Source of the DNA: Octopus vulgaris
Taxonomy: Eukaryota
NCBI GenBank assembly: GCA_951406725.2
Contig: OX597815.1
Location: 22,444,001-22,508,000, forward strand
Length of the DNA: 64,000 nucleotides
Direction: 5' to 3'
Both the position numbers and the translations under genes were made by a program. Under the pieces are notes generated by a model. The model was given only the letters and a program-made list of their open reading frames with translations. It searched no databases and was not told the DNA's origin. Below, one piece after another: positions 1-12,582 of this stretch; the first letter of the stretch is position 1, and the number at the start of each line of letters is the position of its first letter.

Positions 1-31
<31 letters not shown>

Positions 32-77
32 GGTGGTGGTAGTGGTGGTGGTCGTCCTGGTCGTCGTGGTGGTGGTG

Positions 78-135
<58 letters not shown>
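1..135. repeat. (TAG)n/(TGG)n compound microsatellite
   Basis: Directly visible. Confidence 0.95.
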
Positions 136-1367
136 CCGTTGTTGTTACAGTAGTGACAGCAGCGCAAGATGCAGTTTATAAAGCATGCTGGATTTAATGT
201 CTCGTATAAAAACATCTGAATTTAAAACCTGACATCGTATCATTCTCACACTGTCTTTCAGTCAAAGCACACACAATGTCTTTGCATCATTAGCTTGTAG
301 TATAATTGCTTCAGATCCAGATCGTTTGTTTTCAATCGGTTAAACTTCACGAAAAGACAAACACTGATACTAGCTAGACCCACAGGAAATTTTGAAATGT
401 ACCTTCTGTTCTTACTTAATATTTCATAGAAAGGAGTACAGGGAGCCGAGGTCTATTGAACTAGTTCATATAGTTCAGATTATACAATACTGGATATAGG
501 TCAGTAATGATAACTTAGCTCGCAAAGTACTAGACTGGACGCGGTACTATTTATACGTTCAGCAAAGTTACATAGTATTAGATCGAGTCAATATTTCATT
601 GAGTTAGATAAACTGTACTATTATCGTATTTAGTATTTCGCTGCCAGGGTTGCAGTAGTTTGATGTCATTACCATATCATACCGATACCATAACCACTAA
701 GTTATTTCACCACACTTAAAGAAGAAAAACCGATGGGAATTCAGTCGAGATTAGGTTGAATTACCCCAAAACCAGATAAGAGTTTGTGATATTACGTTAG
801 TGCAAATACTCCCGTATCCTAAAGAACACAAACTATTTTTCCATTCACTTTTTGTTTTTTTCCTTATTTAGCCTTATCTCTTTCAAATTTAATTCAAGCA
901 CACAATATGTGGCTAATTTGTAATACGGGAAATAATAGATTATTTGCATATAATAATAAAAATATAACGCCCAGCATTGCAAGTACGATGCAGAAGTAAA
1001 CAACACCAGTATAAGTACTAAATATTGTAGATTTCAGTGTCTTTCGAAGATACGACTAAGCACATAACCGAATGACTTTTTTTCTTTTCTTTTTATTAAA
1101 CACTTTTCGTTAGAAATAAATCTATGCTAATGTGTAATATGTTTCTTTAATATGTATTTTTCTCTAGGTATAATAACGAACATTTCATGCAAATTAACAA
1201 GTGTTGTTGTTGTTGTTTATGCCTAAAGTCACTTCTGATCGAGCAGAGCTACAGCCTCCAAGTTGTATTAAACACACATCAATTATTATAGATATTCATG
1301 TTACCTTTTAGTCGAGGACCATAGCGCACAATCCGAAATACAATGGATATTTGCATTGGATTTCAGA

Positions 1368-1757
1368 TATGGCTGTGTGGTTAACAAACTTGCTTTGCAG
1401 CCACGTAGTTCGGGTTCAGTCCCACCGCGATGGTCCCGTGGGCGTCTTCTATTATAACACTAGGACGTCCAATGCCTTGTGAGTCAATTTCTTAGATGGA
1501 AACTGTATAAAAAACCGTCGTATATGTATATGCTTGGGTCTTTATGTCATTGTTTTTACCCACACCACTGCAACACACACAGCTTGACAACCGGTGTTGG
1601 TTTGCTTACGTCCCCCAGACTTAACAGTTAAAGAAAATGATAGAATAAGTACCCAACTTTAAAGAAATTAGAGCTGGATCGATTTGCTCGACTAAAATAT
1701 CTTCCAGGCGGTGTCCCAACATAGCCGCAGCCCAATGACTGAAACATGTAAAAGATA
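1368..1757 (+). mobile_element. tRNA-derived SINE family A, diverged copy
   Basis: A-box (tggctgtgtggtt) and B-box (ggttcagtccc). Body and 3' end (aatgactgaaac) match the copy at 4955. Confidence 0.85.
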
Positions 1758-1769
1758 AATCTGTACTCT

Positions 1770-2990
1770 ACAATACCCACTTTATTTCTGAACGCCTACA
1801 TTCATAGTTTTCTAGGTTGGGACCACTTTGTTCTTTTAGATAATTCATCCACAACATTATCCAATGGTCTACTCTTGTTCTTTTAACAGAGTGTGATTTG
1901 AAGATGATCTGGCAGTTATTTCTGGCAACTTGAGTGACTACATAGAGGTTGCACCGTTTAGCTCGACTGAACAGTGGCCACAACAGAACAAAATGATCTC
2001 GGTCAGAGTGAGAAGTATGCTGTACAAGTTATTGTTAGTGTCAATACTAACAGAGTACTTGGGGTTAATGAGAGAATCAATGTTGCAGTACATCAATGTA
2101 AATGTATCCTTTTATATTTTTCTGGGCTAAGCACGAGAGATAAAGATTTTAGAGCAATATTCTAGCAGTGTCCTGGGTTGTTTGTCATGTCCTTTGCAGT
2201 TCTAGGTAGTCTTTCATTTGTTTCGTTGTACGCATAGCCTGTGTTCGACCTATAATTGAGTGTGGTCTGTATTAACCAATAATGATGTAAGATGTGCTTT
2301 GTGATTTTGTCGTTTACTGTGGTTTGATGCAGACCTAGCTATGGCTGACATAATCCACGACGGGTCTAATATATTGTTTGTACATCATTATCGTTATATT
2401 TTTCTATTGGTTAAGTCTGGTACGTCTTAGTGCTCTAGATTCACTTGAACGACGCTCATTATAGTCTAAATATGTACTGCGTGTGCAGTGGGGTTCCTAT
2501 ATATTAACTACTAGTATTTTGGTATTTGTTTGAGCATGGATATGATGGTTGGTTGTATTTGAAGATTGCTAGTATTTTTGGTAACAAAAGAGATTACTAT
2601 TATTACTATTGTTTTTTCCTTGTTTCTTCGCCCCTGATTGAGCATACCTATGATCAAAGGCATTCCATTTTGTCAGCGCATCCTTCTTTTTGGGGGGGAA
2701 ATATTGTTTTTGTACATAGCAGTACCTTGATATAAGAGAAAACAAATGCTTGCGTTATTTCTTTAGTAGACGTTTAAGATTTGGGATATAAGTGGGGAAC
2801 GTGAAATGAAGTTGAAAGCTTTAATGATATCGCTTGCAATTATAATAGTACATCTGTGTGTTATGTCCTTGTTGACCTTATTGAATATATGCCAAGGTAT
2901 TCTGTGTAAATTTCATAAATACTATAGTGGGTCCTCCCAGTTTAGTAGGTCTAATTCAGTGATTTGGAGACAGGAATGTGTTAGTTAGTA
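1770..2990 (-). mobile_element. Highly decayed non-LTR retrotransposon RT relic
   Basis: Minus strand near 2815-2880 reads KVNKDITHRCTIIIASDIIKAFN, resembling the RT D..KAFD motif. Boundaries approximate. Confidence 0.4.
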
Positions 2991-3106
2991 GCATAGGGGA
3001 TGAGTCAACTAAATTGTCTAAGTGTGTATATGGAAGCGTGATAGATTTGCGTTATCGCACTTCAAATTTTGCATGAACGTCTTAAAGTCGGACAAATATA
3101 TTCATA

Positions 3107-4248
3107 TTGGGTTGGCAACTAGGTTCCCAAGGTTTTTTTTTTAAATTTTGGAATCTATTTTTTTTTTCGAGAATTCTATTTTTGAATCATTTTGGAATCT
3201 ATTTTTTTTTGTTGTTTTTTTTCTAGTTAATTTTAGTTAATTTTTGTTTATTTTCAGATCATTAAAATGGAATGTCAAGTTAAGAAAAACGAGCATTTTC
3301 GATATCACCTTTTTGCTTTTAATCACGGTCCTAAGGCCGCAAAAGCTGCTCGAGACATTTGTGCTGTGTAAGGAGAAGGAGCTATAACTGAAAGATCCGC
3401 TCGTGATTGGTATGCCAAGTTCAAAAATGGAAATTTTGACCTCAAAGACGCATCTCGTTCTGGCCGTCCAGTTGAGTTCGACGAAGAGCGATTATACCAA
3501 CTTTTGCAACAACAAAAATCAACGAGCCACAATCTCCGCTGGTTTGCTTGCTCGTCACCACTCAACTCATGGACACAAGCAACGATTTCTTTACCAAATC
3601 GTTGCTGGCGACGAAAAATGGTGCCTGTACATCAATATGAAGCAGCGTAAGGAATGGCTTAGCCCCAGTAAACAAGCGACACCGCGCGTGAAACAAAATC
3701 ATCCGCGTAAAACGATGTTGTTACGTATGGTGGGACTAGGAAGTGATTATCCATTACGAATTGCTTGAACGGAACCAAACGGTCAACGCGGAACTTCATG
3801 TTCAAACGATGGAACGACTCAACACGACTATTCAAGAGAAAAGACCTAATCGGTTGAATGGAGTTCTGCTGCACTGCAACGCCCGCCCTCATATCGCCAA
3901 TATGACCAAGGAAGCCATTCAAACGCATGGCTGGGAAGTGCTGCTACACCCGCCGTACTCTCCTGATTTGGCACCAACGGATTTCCACCGCTTTCGATCT
4001 CTTTCAAATGCTATACGCGAAATTTCGTTCAATACTGATGCAGAATTGAGAGCTTGGTTGGATCAATTTTTCGAGTTGAAATCGGGTGACTTCTACCAAC
4101 GAGGTATTGAAAATCTTGTTGAACGTTGGGAAGATGTTGTAAGCAACAAGGGTGAATACATTATTGATTAATTAGTTATTTTTTTATTAAACCTTTTAAA
4201 AGAATTTAAATTTTAAATAAATTGGCGGGAACTTAGTTGCCAACCCAT
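3107..4248 (+). mobile_element. Mariner transposon (mellifera-like), internally deleted and non-functional
   Basis: TA flanks; TIRs ttgggttggcaactaggttcc / ggaacttagttgccaacccat. Transposase motifs RSGRP, GDEKW, H(C)NARPH and YSPDLAPTDF, with stops and frameshifts. Confidence 0.95.
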
Positions 4249-4424
4249 TATTATCCAGTTATGTATTTTAAAACGGTAAGGGGAAATTTGAAGTAGCATC
4301 CCGACTGTGATGTAACAGATACTAAGACATGATAGCTACCATTTGAAAACTAGTCGAACAACAGGTGGCTACATGTGCGTGTGCTTGCATCACGTATGCA
4401 TGCGAGTGTGTGTGTAAGTGTGAG

Positions 4425-4660
4425 AGGGAATGACAGAGTGGTTAGTGAGTTGCACTCACGACCGCGAGATCACGGTTTCAATTCCTGGGCCGGGTGTTGC
4501 ATTGCTTTATCGTGCAAAACACTAAGTCTCACGTTGATCCGCAATCACTTCGATACCTATCGTGTGGCACACCGTGCAACTGTTCAAGTAACGTTGATTT
4601 GATGGAGGAAGTGAGCTACAAATGTACAGCACACATTTGATCTCTATAGACAAATTAGTT
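4425..4660 (+). mobile_element. Older tRNA-derived SINE (family C)
   Basis: A/B-box-like head (agagtggttag...ggtttcaattcc). The caaaacactaagtctcacgttg block is similar to the element at 61845. Confidence 0.55.
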
Positions 4661-4876
4661 TTCAGCAAGACATTACAGAACTGTCTTTCTCTAACTACCT
4701 ACACACACACACATTCTCTCCAAATCTCTCTCAGTCTCTCTCTCTCTCCCCCTCTCTCTCTCCCTTACTCATGAACCACACTCACATTATAATGAAAACA
4801 GTTCTAGGCAATACGTTCCTAAAAGTACTAAACATTTATGATTTTTTTATTTGATAATTTTATTCCAATGATCAAT

Positions 4877-4919
<43 letters not shown>

Positions 4920-4954
4920 TTGTGTGTATGTGTGTCTGTGTGTGTGTGTGTGTG

Positions 4955-5360
4955 TAGGAGTGGCTGTGTGGTAAGTAGATTGCTTACCAACCACATGGTT
5001 CCGGGTTCAGTCCCACTGCGTGGCACCTTAGGCAAGTGTCTTCTACTATAGCCTCGGGCCGACCAAAGACTTGTGAGTGGATTTGGTAGACGGAAACTGA
5101 AAGAAGCCCGTCGTATATATGTATATATATATATATGTATGTGTGTGTTTATGTTTGTGTGTCTGTGTTTGTCACCCCAGCATCGCTTGACAACCGATGC
5201 TTGTGTGTTTACGTCTCCGTAACTTAGCGGTTCGGCAAAAGAGACCGATAGAATAAATACTAGGCTTACAAAGAATAAGTCCTGGGGTCGATTTGCTCCA
5301 CTAAAGGCAGTGCTCCAGCATGGCCACAGTCAAATGACTGAAACAAGTAAAAGAGTAAAG
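4955..5360 (+). mobile_element. tRNA-derived SINE family A (CORE-like ccttgggcaagt block, internal TA/TG microsatellite)
   Basis: Near-identical to copies at 10860 and 17735; pol III boxes; gtaaaaga tail. Confidence 0.93.
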
Positions 5361-5365
5361 CGTAT

Positions 5366-6103
5366 ATTACAGGACAACGTATCATAATCTGGCAAAGTAC
5401 AGAACAAAAATGTTTTTACTTAAAATATTGCAGCTAAGGATAAAATTTCAAATAAAATATTTAGATGTAGAAAATATTAGCTTTTCTTAAAACTAATACG
5501 ATTATTACAAATTTTTTACTTCTATTTGTTATTATTTGTTACTTCCATTAAAAATTTAAAATAACTCAAAATATTTTTTGCGCTTTAAAAAAATTCATTT
5601 CTTTAATTATTAATTAATGATTAGAATTTTAAACATAGGTTATAAAAAATAAAAATAGTACGTAATTACTTAGTACAATAAATATAATAATACAAAAATT
5701 AGTTATCTATTGCAGTTAAATCTACCTATAACAAGAACATTCACCGTAAAATTTGCTTGAGTTATTGCCTAAGTTATTGTCAAGTCTTCACATTTTTGGT
5801 CTTGACTCAATGCCTACTTTTTACAGAATGAATTTGCCTACCATATATACTATTCTACTTTGCATAAAACTTTAGGTATATTGGTACTTCTTGCTTTCAT
5901 ATTTTAAGTATTCTAGTGTGTGAATATTTTTTTTAAATGATGGTACCTTTTTTAATTAAAATGTTACTTCGTAAATAACAATCAAATAAGTCAAATTTTA
6001 TACTTAGCTGCAATATTTTAAGTTAAACTTTTCTTGTTTTGTACTTTACCAGATGTAATAAGTTGTCCTGAACTTTTCCAAGTGTAATAACGTGTCCTGT
6101 AAT
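5366..6103. mobile_element. Non-autonomous TIR element (MITE/foldback-like) with AT-rich core
   Basis: Left end ttacaggacaacgtatcataatctggcaaagtacagaacaa is an imperfect reverse complement of about 6033-6072. About 29-bp subterminal units are tandemly repeated at the right end. Confidence 0.55.
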
Positions 6104-7033
6104 TTTCCAGGTTTATAATCTTCAGAATATTATTTCTCTTGCTCACATTTTCCCATGTAAACTATGTTTTTCCAGACTATGCTATTATACTAATTGATAA
6201 TGTATCAAATGTGTCAATTAGCGGTGTCATTGGTAATTTTTTCCTTACCTCAATGACGCCGGTGGCATAGATTAAAAGTCTCCTTATAGAACTATATTCA
6301 TAAAAAGTATAGAATTATATTATCACCCTCAAATTTGAGAAACAAACACTCCTAACTTTTTTCTTTTAAAACTTCATTAAAATATGGTTTGTTTTTAAAA
6401 TAAAAAAAAGTTAATTGTACTCAAATCAAATTTTTTGCTTTACTTATACGTTTTCAAGATATTTCACCTCACAACTTTTCTGTTACAAATTTTCGTTGCA
6501 TTGGAACAATACTATGAAATTCTTCATGCTTTCTTTTATCATTGAAGCTAAGATAAATATATTTTTCGTTTAAAATGAAAAATTTTTAGATCTAAACTTG
6601 ATTGGTAGCATAACTTACTCTCCTATAACGTTGTTACAAATTTTGATGTAAACTTTTTTATGTCAAAATATAGCTAGGTACCAGTCCTCTTCAAAAATGT
6701 TAACAGTTTTTAATTTGGTTAAGAACTGAATTAGCGGCAAGCTCTGAAAAATGGTGCGTGTAAATTGCGGCCTTAATATAAGTTGAATCAACTACCGTAG
6801 ATGAATGATATATATATATATATATATACTTCGTTATATTTCCAATCAACATAGTTGAAATGCATGAGAGAAAGAGATTAGAAAGTAGGTGAATATATTT
6901 AGAATATGTATAAATGTACCTATATGTGGTCAGCAAAATATATATTTCTTGTAGAAAATACTTATATGAGTAAAAAGGTATACTATCAATATGCAAATAA
7001 GGAGTATTGAACTTTGTCAAACATATTACTTAC

Positions 7034-7143
7034 TGTGCCTTCGATATTAGATTCAATTCCACGAATATAGTTCTTGTCTTTGAATAGAATATCAACCGAA
7101 TAGAATGTGTAGTTAGCTAATGCTGATGTGCTCCAATTTAAAG
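7034..7143 (-). CDS. Ret: RET orthologue, exon equivalent to the 5' part of human exon 6 (CLD3)
   Basis: Acceptor tttatttactatag, donor GTAAGT, 110 nt, phase 1-0. ALNWSTSALANYTFYSVDILFKDKNY resembles [26 protein letters not shown]. In frame with the previous exon. Confidence 0.8.
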
Positions 7144-7427
7144 CTATAGTAAATAAAGAACATTGTAGACAATATAATGTACGCATACATGGTTGACAGT
7201 TTACAAATTTACGCATAAACAGAAGATTATTACAGGCGTATATATCATTAAATGCAAATACATGAATACATACATGCATACATACGTGTGTATTTGTGAG
7301 TGTGTGTGTGTGTGTATAATTGTTGGCCAGCGGTTGAATACAGGCACTTGCTGGATTTATATATCAGCACCGTTACCTTTAACACTACAAGTTGAAATAT
7401 CGGTCATTCGTGGTTGACTATGTTTAG

Positions 7428-7488
7428 ATTCGCCTGATGACCTAGAAACAGTATTAAATAGTGTTTGAGCGAAACAAATGTCGCAAAT
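7428..7488 (+). ncRNA. Minimal type I hammerhead ribozyme motif (Penelope pLTR type)
   Basis: attcgc-CTGATGA-[stem II aaaca..tgttt]-GAAAC-aaat-GTC-gcaaat. Core intact; stem I has one mismatch. Confidence 0.65.
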
Positions 7489-7717
7489 TTAAGCTCCATT
7501 CATCTGTTTATTATTATATTTGCGTCACACGATGAGTTCGCCCAGCAATCGGATCAATGATAAATAACGGGAATTGAGTACGCAACAACAGTATCCACTT
7601 CTGTATAACGGTTTCTACGAAGAGGGATTATTTCGACATTTGCTCGGTGTTCTTTTAGCCAATCGATTGCGTTTTACGCGTTGATGTTCCTCGATTCCAA
7701 ACGAATCCTCTCAACTA

Positions 7718-7752
<35 letters not shown>

Positions 7753-7920
7753 AACATATATATATATGTATGTATGTGTGTAGGTATGTATTTGTGTATA
7801 TGTGCGTGTGTGTGCGCGCGTTTAAAGCGGGGGAAGAATAATGTATCTCGAAATAAAGTGTATGAATATTGTGTTGGAAAACTTTTTGTAAGAGAAAAAA
7901 TCGACAGTGGCCCGTTAACA

Positions 7921-7956
<36 letters not shown>

Positions 7957-8142
7957 ACGTGTGTATACATAAAAGACATACTGATTACAGCCAGCTAGAG
8001 ACGCCGTTTCCTGGGGCTAAATAACAGTAGTATTCGTCTCAACCGGGATTGCCACATTTTGTTATTTTGTTGGCAAATAATCATTACTCTAGAGTAATGT
8101 TAATGAATGTCTATCGTTGGGAGATTTAGAAATAATAACGTT

Positions 8143-8174
<32 letters not shown>

Positions 8175-8175
<1 letters not shown>

Positions 8176-8960
8176 AACATAATTAAGGGATTAGCAAAAA
8201 GTTGCTTCACCACATACCGAAAATTTAGAAGTAGCAGTCAAAACTATTAATTCTTCTATTACAATATATCTTCACAGACAGCAATACTCGTAACTCACAT
8301 AGGTAAAAATGAAGAAAAAATAATGAAACTAACCAGTCTTCGATTAATCATGTACGCGTTTCGGGATTAGAATTGTAAAATCCATTTCCTTCTTCAGCAT
8401 GATATTTCAAGATTATAAATTTGAAAATGCTAACCTAACCTTTTGAACACTCGACCAAGTGACATCGAACGTAACATAAGATAAATAGCATTTCCGAATT
8501 TATATAGACGAGTAATTCCGCATCCCTTCCTCCAGTTCACCATGTGCGTCACAAGATAGTACCGCAGAAAAAACTGCAGTTTGCTATCAGGGAATGAAAT
8601 TATCATTATAGATATAGGGTAAAGAATTATTAATTTAATAATTAATAAATTTTACCAAGTAGCTTCGGTATGGAAAAAAAACTTATACAAAAAGTTTTTT
8701 TTTTATAATTATAAACATAATTAAGGGATTTTTGCCTATATGAGTTACGTGTATTGCTGTCTGTGGAGATATATTGTAGTAGAAGAATTAGCAGATTTGA
8801 CTGATATTTCTAAATTTTCGGTATGTGGTGAAGCAACTTTTTGCTAATCCTTTAATTATGTTTATAATTATAAAAAAATCCTTTTTGCATAAGTTTTTTT
8901 GCCATACCGAAGCTACTTGGTAAAATTTATAAATTATCAAATTAATAATTCTTTGCCCTA
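8175..8960 (-). mobile_element. Penelope-like terminal-repeat fragment with inverted-duplicated segments, between (TA)n and (TG)n
   Basis: 8175-8310 is the reverse complement of about 8730-8865, and 8615-8730 of about 8845-8960. Contains a hammerhead motif. Confidence 0.7.
8347..8403 (-). ncRNA. Minimal type I hammerhead ribozyme, intact core
   Basis: Minus strand ATCATG-CTGAAGA-AGGAAATGGATTTTACAATTCTAATCCC-GAAAC-GC-GTA-CATGAT. Perfect 6-bp stem I, palindromic stem III (ACGCGT), GUA cleavage triplet. Confidence 0.8.
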
Positions 8961-8972
8961 TAATGATATATG

Positions 8973-9023
<51 letters not shown>

Positions 9024-9329
9024 TGTGTGTGTGTGAGAATGTATTTAGATCTTCAGGGTCAGTAAAGCTGAGATAAAATTCTCTCATACCAAAATATTTC
9101 GAATTTATTGGCTCATTTCTTAGATTCGATATTCGAACATCTTATTCAAAATTATTTCTTCTTTTTGCTTGATCAATGTTTATTTTCATCTAGTAAAAGG
9201 AAATATTTGTGAATATAGAAATCTAAGACATGACCAATGCACACCCTTCGTTTACAAAAATATAAATGACGTAGGGGAAAATCTGCTTCTACTGTTTGAT
9301 GGACTTACAATCAGAAAAATCTAAAACTG

Positions 9330-9525
9330 ACTGGATCGTTAGCAGACCGGATAAAATTCCTAGCGGCTTTTTGTCCTTATGTTCTGAGTTCAAATTCTGC
9401 CGAGTTCGACTTCGCCTTACATCCTTCTGGGGTTGATAAAAAAAGTACCAGTTGAAGACAGGATTTGATTTCATCAACTTACCACCTCCCTCGAGATTGC
9501 TGGCCTTGTGCCAAAATTTGAAACT
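9330..9525 (+). mobile_element. SINE family B, diverged
   Basis: gagttcaaattctgccgag...catccttctggggttgataaa block shared with 11647 and 33428. Confidence 0.8.
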
Positions 9526-10859
9526 AATACATTGCTTGTATCAATTATTGTACATAAAGTTTATTTATTCTGAATAAATGTATTAAACTTTTAACCGTCT
9601 GTTGAAACTCTCCAAACATATTATTCAACAAATTTTAAGAGGAAGCAATCCCATGAAAATTAGTTAGTCTAGTTCATTCTAGAATATCCAGGAATACGAA
9701 ATTAATAGTGGAAAATTCTTTGATATGTGAAAAAGTATTGAGTTCTTACTCTAATTAATTCATGACAATTTGCACAAATAACAATTTTATAATCTCCGTT
9801 TCAATCACTACATCACATATTCTTTTAGATATGAAGCTAATAAATAGCTTATGAAATATAATAAATCATAGCGTATAAATGAACTCTATCTCTTTTTACA
9901 ATAAACCAACGAACATACATTCATTTACATGAAAGAAAACACAATATAACACATACATATTCATAAAATAAAGAGGCATAACATATATATGACTTTAAAA
10001 AACATAGCCGAACACAAGATACGGCGAAGGCATTTAAAAATGAATGATTATCAAAAATATTTCATCTTGCTGACATTTAATAAATATCACTAGTTATAAA
10101 AAGGACGAATGTAGGGGCATTGGTGATTTGACTTTATCTTGAAAGGGATCTAAAGGACAATAAGTATATCAGTGGTCTTTAAATATCTTCCAAAAGTACT
10201 TGAAACAGGCCAACATCATTAGCATTATATGCCTATAGCTTTTGAAGCCGAAAGTATAGCTACGATTGCTTGTTATTTTTCAATATCCTTTTGCTCAGTA
10301 GCACAGCTTTAGATATATTTCCCATATTGTCTATAACATATCTCTTGAGATATCGTGCAATACACATCTTCTGTATAATTAACCAAAAATTATTCATATA
10401 TGTGTCTGAAGAATTCCTGGCGAATTCTAAGTAACATAAAGTAGCTGTATTATTTACTAAATTTACACAAATAATAGAGCATGGGGAAAACAATTAAAGT
10501 CTATTTACTGGATGGAAGAACAGACATTCAGATAATATAATTCACAATGTCTCTTGTTGCATATCGTACAGCAACTATGGCACAAACATCTTCACAAAAT
10601 GCTCACAGATACTTAGAAAAATAAAATTACATCAAATCGTCATATTAATAAAAAGTAAACAATTAGACATATCTTTGGAATTTCTACAATAGAATAATAA
10701 CATGTTTGTTCATTCTGATACGTTCAGGTATCTATCGTTCAGTTTTTTTATTATATTAAACTAAAAGTTCATCTACTCCTCCCAGTTAGGTTTCTTTGTA
10801 GAACAAATACGCAAAAACAATGAAGCTTTTCTTAAAGATTGCCTGAATGCAAATATATA

Positions 10860-11620
10860 GGCGCAGGAGTGGCTGTGTGGTAAGTAGCTTGTTTACCAAC
10901 CACATGGTTCCGGGTTCAGTCCCACCGCGTGATACCTTGGGCAAGTGTCTTCTACTATAGCCTCGGGCCGACCAAAGCCTTGTGAGTGGATTTGGTAGAC
11001 GGAAACTGAAAGAAGCCCGTCGTATATATGTATATATATATATATACAAATTGATATAGGGGTTGTAAATGCAACCCACCATGGGATACCATATATCCAA
11101 TATACTGCTAGTGAGGTACCCAACAAAGTTAATACATAAATGTTAAGAACTGCGATACAATTAATTAATTTATTGTATTATATGGGCAAAGGTAAAATGT
11201 TTTACCACAAATTCATTAAATAAAATAAGAAAATGGAGAAATACATCGAAATCAAATATCAATTACCTGCATTATTATGTTTAACCTTATAGTTTCTTAT
11301 GTAGTGGTTTAATAAAGTATGTGATTGGTAATTGATATTTGATTTCGATGGATTTCTCCATTTTCTTATTTTGTATATATATATATATATGCGTGTGTGT
11401 GTTTGTGTGTCTGTGTTTGTCCCCCTAGTATTGCTTGACAACTGATGCTGGTGTATTTATGTCCCTGTTACTTAGCGGTTCGGCAAAAGAGACCGATAGA
11501 ATAAGTACTGGGCTTACAAAAGAATAAGTCCCGGGGTCGAGTTGCTCGATTAAAGGCGGTGCTACAGTATGACCGCAGTCAAATGACTGAAACAAGTAAA
11601 AGAGTAAAGAGTAAAGAGTA
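10860..11620 (+). mobile_element. SINE family A, full length, interrupted at its internal (TA)n by an insertion (11046-11372)
   Basis: Starts ggcgcaggagtggctgtgtgg; the 3' half resumes after 11373. Confidence 0.92.
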
Positions 11621-11646
11621 TACCAAGAGTTTTATGGTAATATTTC

Positions 11647-11870
11647 GGCGGCGAGCTGGCAGAATCGTTAGCACGCCAGACAAAACGTTTTGCGGCATTT
11701 CGTCCACCTTTATGTTTTGAGTTCAAATTCCGCCGAGGTCGACTTTGCCTTTCATCCTTTCCGGGGTCGATTAGAAATACAAAAAAAAAAAACGATTGAG
11801 CTCTGGGAGTCGATGTTATCGACTTACCCACTTCCACAAACTAGCTGGCCTTGTGCCAAAATTTGAAACC
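11647..11870 (+). mobile_element. SINE family B
   Basis: ggcggcgagctggcagaatcgttagc head, gagttcaaattcc B-box, gcctttcatcctttccggggtcgat body. Confidence 0.9.
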
Positions 11871-12164
11871 AGTATTTCGGCTTACAAGTTATATATTGTT
11901 TGAATTAACATTGTCTACTTACAAGTTACATATTGTTTGAATTAAAATACTTTCTAAATGTAATTATAACAATATATAATAAAAATTAATCTTTTAAATA
12001 CGATCCTACGAAATTCTCAGACTTTTAATCTTGTTTCATGTTTAGAGGCTTACACGTAGGTACGATCGTTTCTATCTCTGATTAAGTGTCTTATTCTGAA
12101 ATCTATAACAGAACTTTAGACTGGATTCAAACTCGAATTTTCACTTTTAAACAATAATGCTTTT

Positions 12165-12312
12165 ATGAGAGAGAGAGAGGAAGAGAGAGAGAGAGGGGGG
12201 AGAGAGGGAGGGAGGGAGAGATGAATAGCCAAACAGACAGACGGATAAGGATATAGACAGATAGACAGACAGACACATACAAACAGCCTGACGGACAAAT
12301 AGATAGATAGAT

Positions 12313-12343
<31 letters not shown>

Positions 12344-12397
12344 TAAGGATATAGACAGATAGACAGACAGACACATACATATAGCCTGACGGACAAA

Positions 12398-12436
<39 letters not shown>

Positions 12437-12533
12437 GCAGACAGACAGATAAGGATATAGACAGATAGACAGACAGACATACAAACAGCCTGACGGACAA
12501 ATAGATAGATAGAGAGAGACAGACAGACAGACA

Positions 12534-12580
<47 letters not shown>
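12165..12580. repeat. Compound GA/GACA/GATA/CA satellite with a three-copy higher-order unit
   Basis: Unit gataaggatatagacagatagacagacagac..agcctgacggacaaatagatag occurs three times. Confidence 0.9.
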
Positions 12581-12582
<2 letters not shown>

